Positions 53,995 through 55,597 of a stretch of DNA of 55,597 nt are shown here, one piece after another. The stretch comes from a virus (Duplodnaviria; Caudoviricetes): positions 1 to 55,597 of the IMG/VR virus record IMGVR_UViG_3300014838_000025. One strand, written 5' to 3'. The translations under genes and the position numbers were made by a program. The notes under the pieces were generated by a model. The model saw only the letters and a program-made list of their open reading frames with translations, searched no databases and was not told the origin of the DNA. Within the stretch, counting starts at the first letter, position 1. Each line of letters begins with the position of its first letter.

Positions 53995-54231
53995 CTAGAT
54001 CAATCCAGCTGCTAACAGAGGCGACGGGCAACCGTGCTCGCACCTTCCGTCTGGCTCGACCTGGCAATCGTGGATGCAAAGCGCGGTCACTACGCTATCG
54101 CTGCACTCGCCTTCGAGCGCATCCTCGACTGATTCATACCCGTTATCCTCTGCCCACTCACGCAAGCTGATACGGTTCGGGTTGCGGGGCTTGGGTGCGT
54201 GTGATCCTGATACCTGTGGTGTGCTTGCCAT
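53995..54231 (-). CDS. Hypothetical protein
   Basis: SD AGGAGG; CQVEPDGRCEHGCPSPL motif. Confidence 0.65.
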   Translation of the reverse strand: MASTPQVSGSHAPKPRNPNRISLREWAEDNGYESVEDALEGECSDSVVTALCIHDCQVEPDGRCEHGCPSPLLAAGLI

Positions 54232-54259
54232 GTTCTTACCCTCCTGCCGCTGTGCGGCT

Positions 54260-54481
54260 CTACTCTGTGAACAGACTCGGATTGTCGCCAGTACCGAAGA
54301 ACAGAGGCGCGTTGCGCTCCATGTTCCCTGCCTTGGCGCTTACGTCGGCTTTCGGCTCCAGCAGCTTGGCCGTCAGTTCCTCGCCTGACAGTTCAGCTAC
54401 AGCTTCCGCTTGCGCTTCGATGTGCTGGCTCATGCCGTCCAGTACGTGAGAGTCTATCGGCTTTGCTGCCTTGTACCTCAC
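54260..54481 (-). CDS. Hypothetical protein
   Basis: GTG start after GGGAGG. Confidence 0.5.
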   Translation of the reverse strand: MRYKAAKPIDSHVLDGMSQHIEAQAEAVAELSGEELTAKLLEPKADVSAKAGNMERNAPLFFGTGDNPSLFTE

Positions 54482-54782
54482 GCCGTAACCTCCCTTTCCC
54501 TTAGCGCCATGAGCTCCATTTCGATCATGGCGGGCTGATACCAGCGGTCTCGCTGTTCTACCGCTCCGTATTCCGTCGAGTACCACATCTGAGCGATGTA
54601 GTTGTACACGTTCCAAAATTGCTCAGGCATCTCTATTACCTCCGCAACTACTTTCCCACGGTTTTGCGGCTCCGTCTAGCGCCCGAACAGAAGCCGCACG
54701 ATTACGCCCGCCAGCCACCCAACCACGGCCAGCGCCAAACCAAACGCGCCAGCCGCAGCTACTACCAGAAAAAAGCCCGCAA

Positions 54783-55055
54783 TCATCGCACGCACCGCAC
54801 TATCAATCGGAAGATCGCGCCCCAAATCGGAAGCGATAAAACAATCGCCATGCCGAGGCCAACGAACGCATTTCCGTCCTGTTCCTCGTGCTGGACCTGG
54901 GTTTCGTCTTCGGTGAGAGTTGAGGCCACGGTTTCCGGCGCCCAACTTGCCTCCTCCGCCGCTCTGCACTCCGGGCAAATGCCGTGCGTTACCCAATCGG
55001 CGGGACCGTCTTTCTCGCCCATGAACTTCTTACACCATCCACAAAGGATAATCAT
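54783..55055 (-). CDS. Hypothetical protein (CGWC...THGICPEC, C-terminal transmembrane helix)
   Basis: ORF motif pattern. Confidence 0.55.
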   Translation of the reverse strand: MIILCGWCKKFMGEKDGPADWVTHGICPECRAAEEASWAPETVASTLTEDETQVQHEEQDGNAFVGLGMAIVLSLPIWGAIFRLIVRCVR

Positions 55056-55148
55056 TATCGCGCCTCACTTTAGCAGTTTGAACGCCAATACTGCCATTGT
55101 TGGCAAGCTCATTGAAGCAAACTTGCCTTTGTTTTCACCGTTTACCGG

Positions 55149-55427
55149 TCACAGCGCAACTCCTTGCGGTTCTACCGCTTCGCCAAGGTGACAGTTGCCG
55201 CCGTACTTCCATGCTCCGTTGTGCTTGTAGAGTGTCGCCCATGTTGCCCGACCGCCGACGCTAGAGACTGGCTCACCGATCTGCACTAAATCGTTGCGCC
55301 ATGTCGCCGGGGGCAGCACTTCAAGGAAATACATATACAAGTCTTCGCTTACTTCGTCGCCAACCTGCAAGTATTTCCCAAGATCAACCTTTGCCTCGTG
55401 CCAACCTTCCATTGTCTTAGTCGCCAT
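55149..55427 (-). CDS. Hypothetical protein
   Basis: SD GGAGG; FLEVLPP...QIGEP. Confidence 0.6.
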   Translation of the reverse strand: MATKTMEGWHEAKVDLGKYLQVGDEVSEDLYMYFLEVLPPATWRNDLVQIGEPVSSVGGRATWATLYKHNGAWKYGGNCHLGEAVEPQGVAL

Positions 55428-55597
55428 TGCAATTACCCTCCACCGCCAATCTACCACCCGCCGCTCAGACCGCAAGAGGCCGTCAGTAAACCTGCCCATC
55501 CTTCGAGCACCACCACCCGCCAGCTTTCCGCCACCCGCAGTCCGAACCATGTTTGGGACAGCCACCTATCTCCGGGGCCGCTGCTGTTTTGATCGCA

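Overview
A 55.6-kb fragment of a tailed dsDNA phage genome, probably short-tailed (podovirus-like). Almost all genes lie on the minus strand. The host is not identifiable from the sequence. In transcription order (high to low coordinates) the window holds: small hypothetical genes; a strongly skewed non-coding junction (~53.4-53.9 kb); an ACP-like/lipoprotein/C1-peptidase/membrane-protein block; peptide deformylase; terminase (large subunit with a LAGLIDADG intein); portal, scaffold, major capsid and adaptor genes; a DNA methylase; a glycosyltransferase/FkbM/radical-SAM/HAD cluster; a tail nozzle-like gene; a 7.4-kb translation island; and internal-virion (ejection-like) genes running off the left end. 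The translation island (9.3-16.7 kb) is the main result. It contains 34 tRNA or tRNA-like genes covering all 20 amino acids, split into three blocks. Each block is preceded by its own sigma70-like promoter, a 21-26 codon leader ORF and an overlapping antiterminator/terminator pair. The codons of each leader match the anticodons of the tRNAs in its own block. This looks like a set of ribosome-stalling attenuators that switch on phage tRNAs when the matching host tRNAs fail; I do not recall such a system being described for phage tRNA arrays. The same island carries a Ro60/Rsr (TROVE) gene preceded by five tandem Y-RNA-like genes, three HNH genes, a split tRNA-Pro, several atypical tRNAs and unidentified structured RNAs. 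A 17-bp palindrome recurs across the window. All calls come from manual reading; no searches or folding programs were run.
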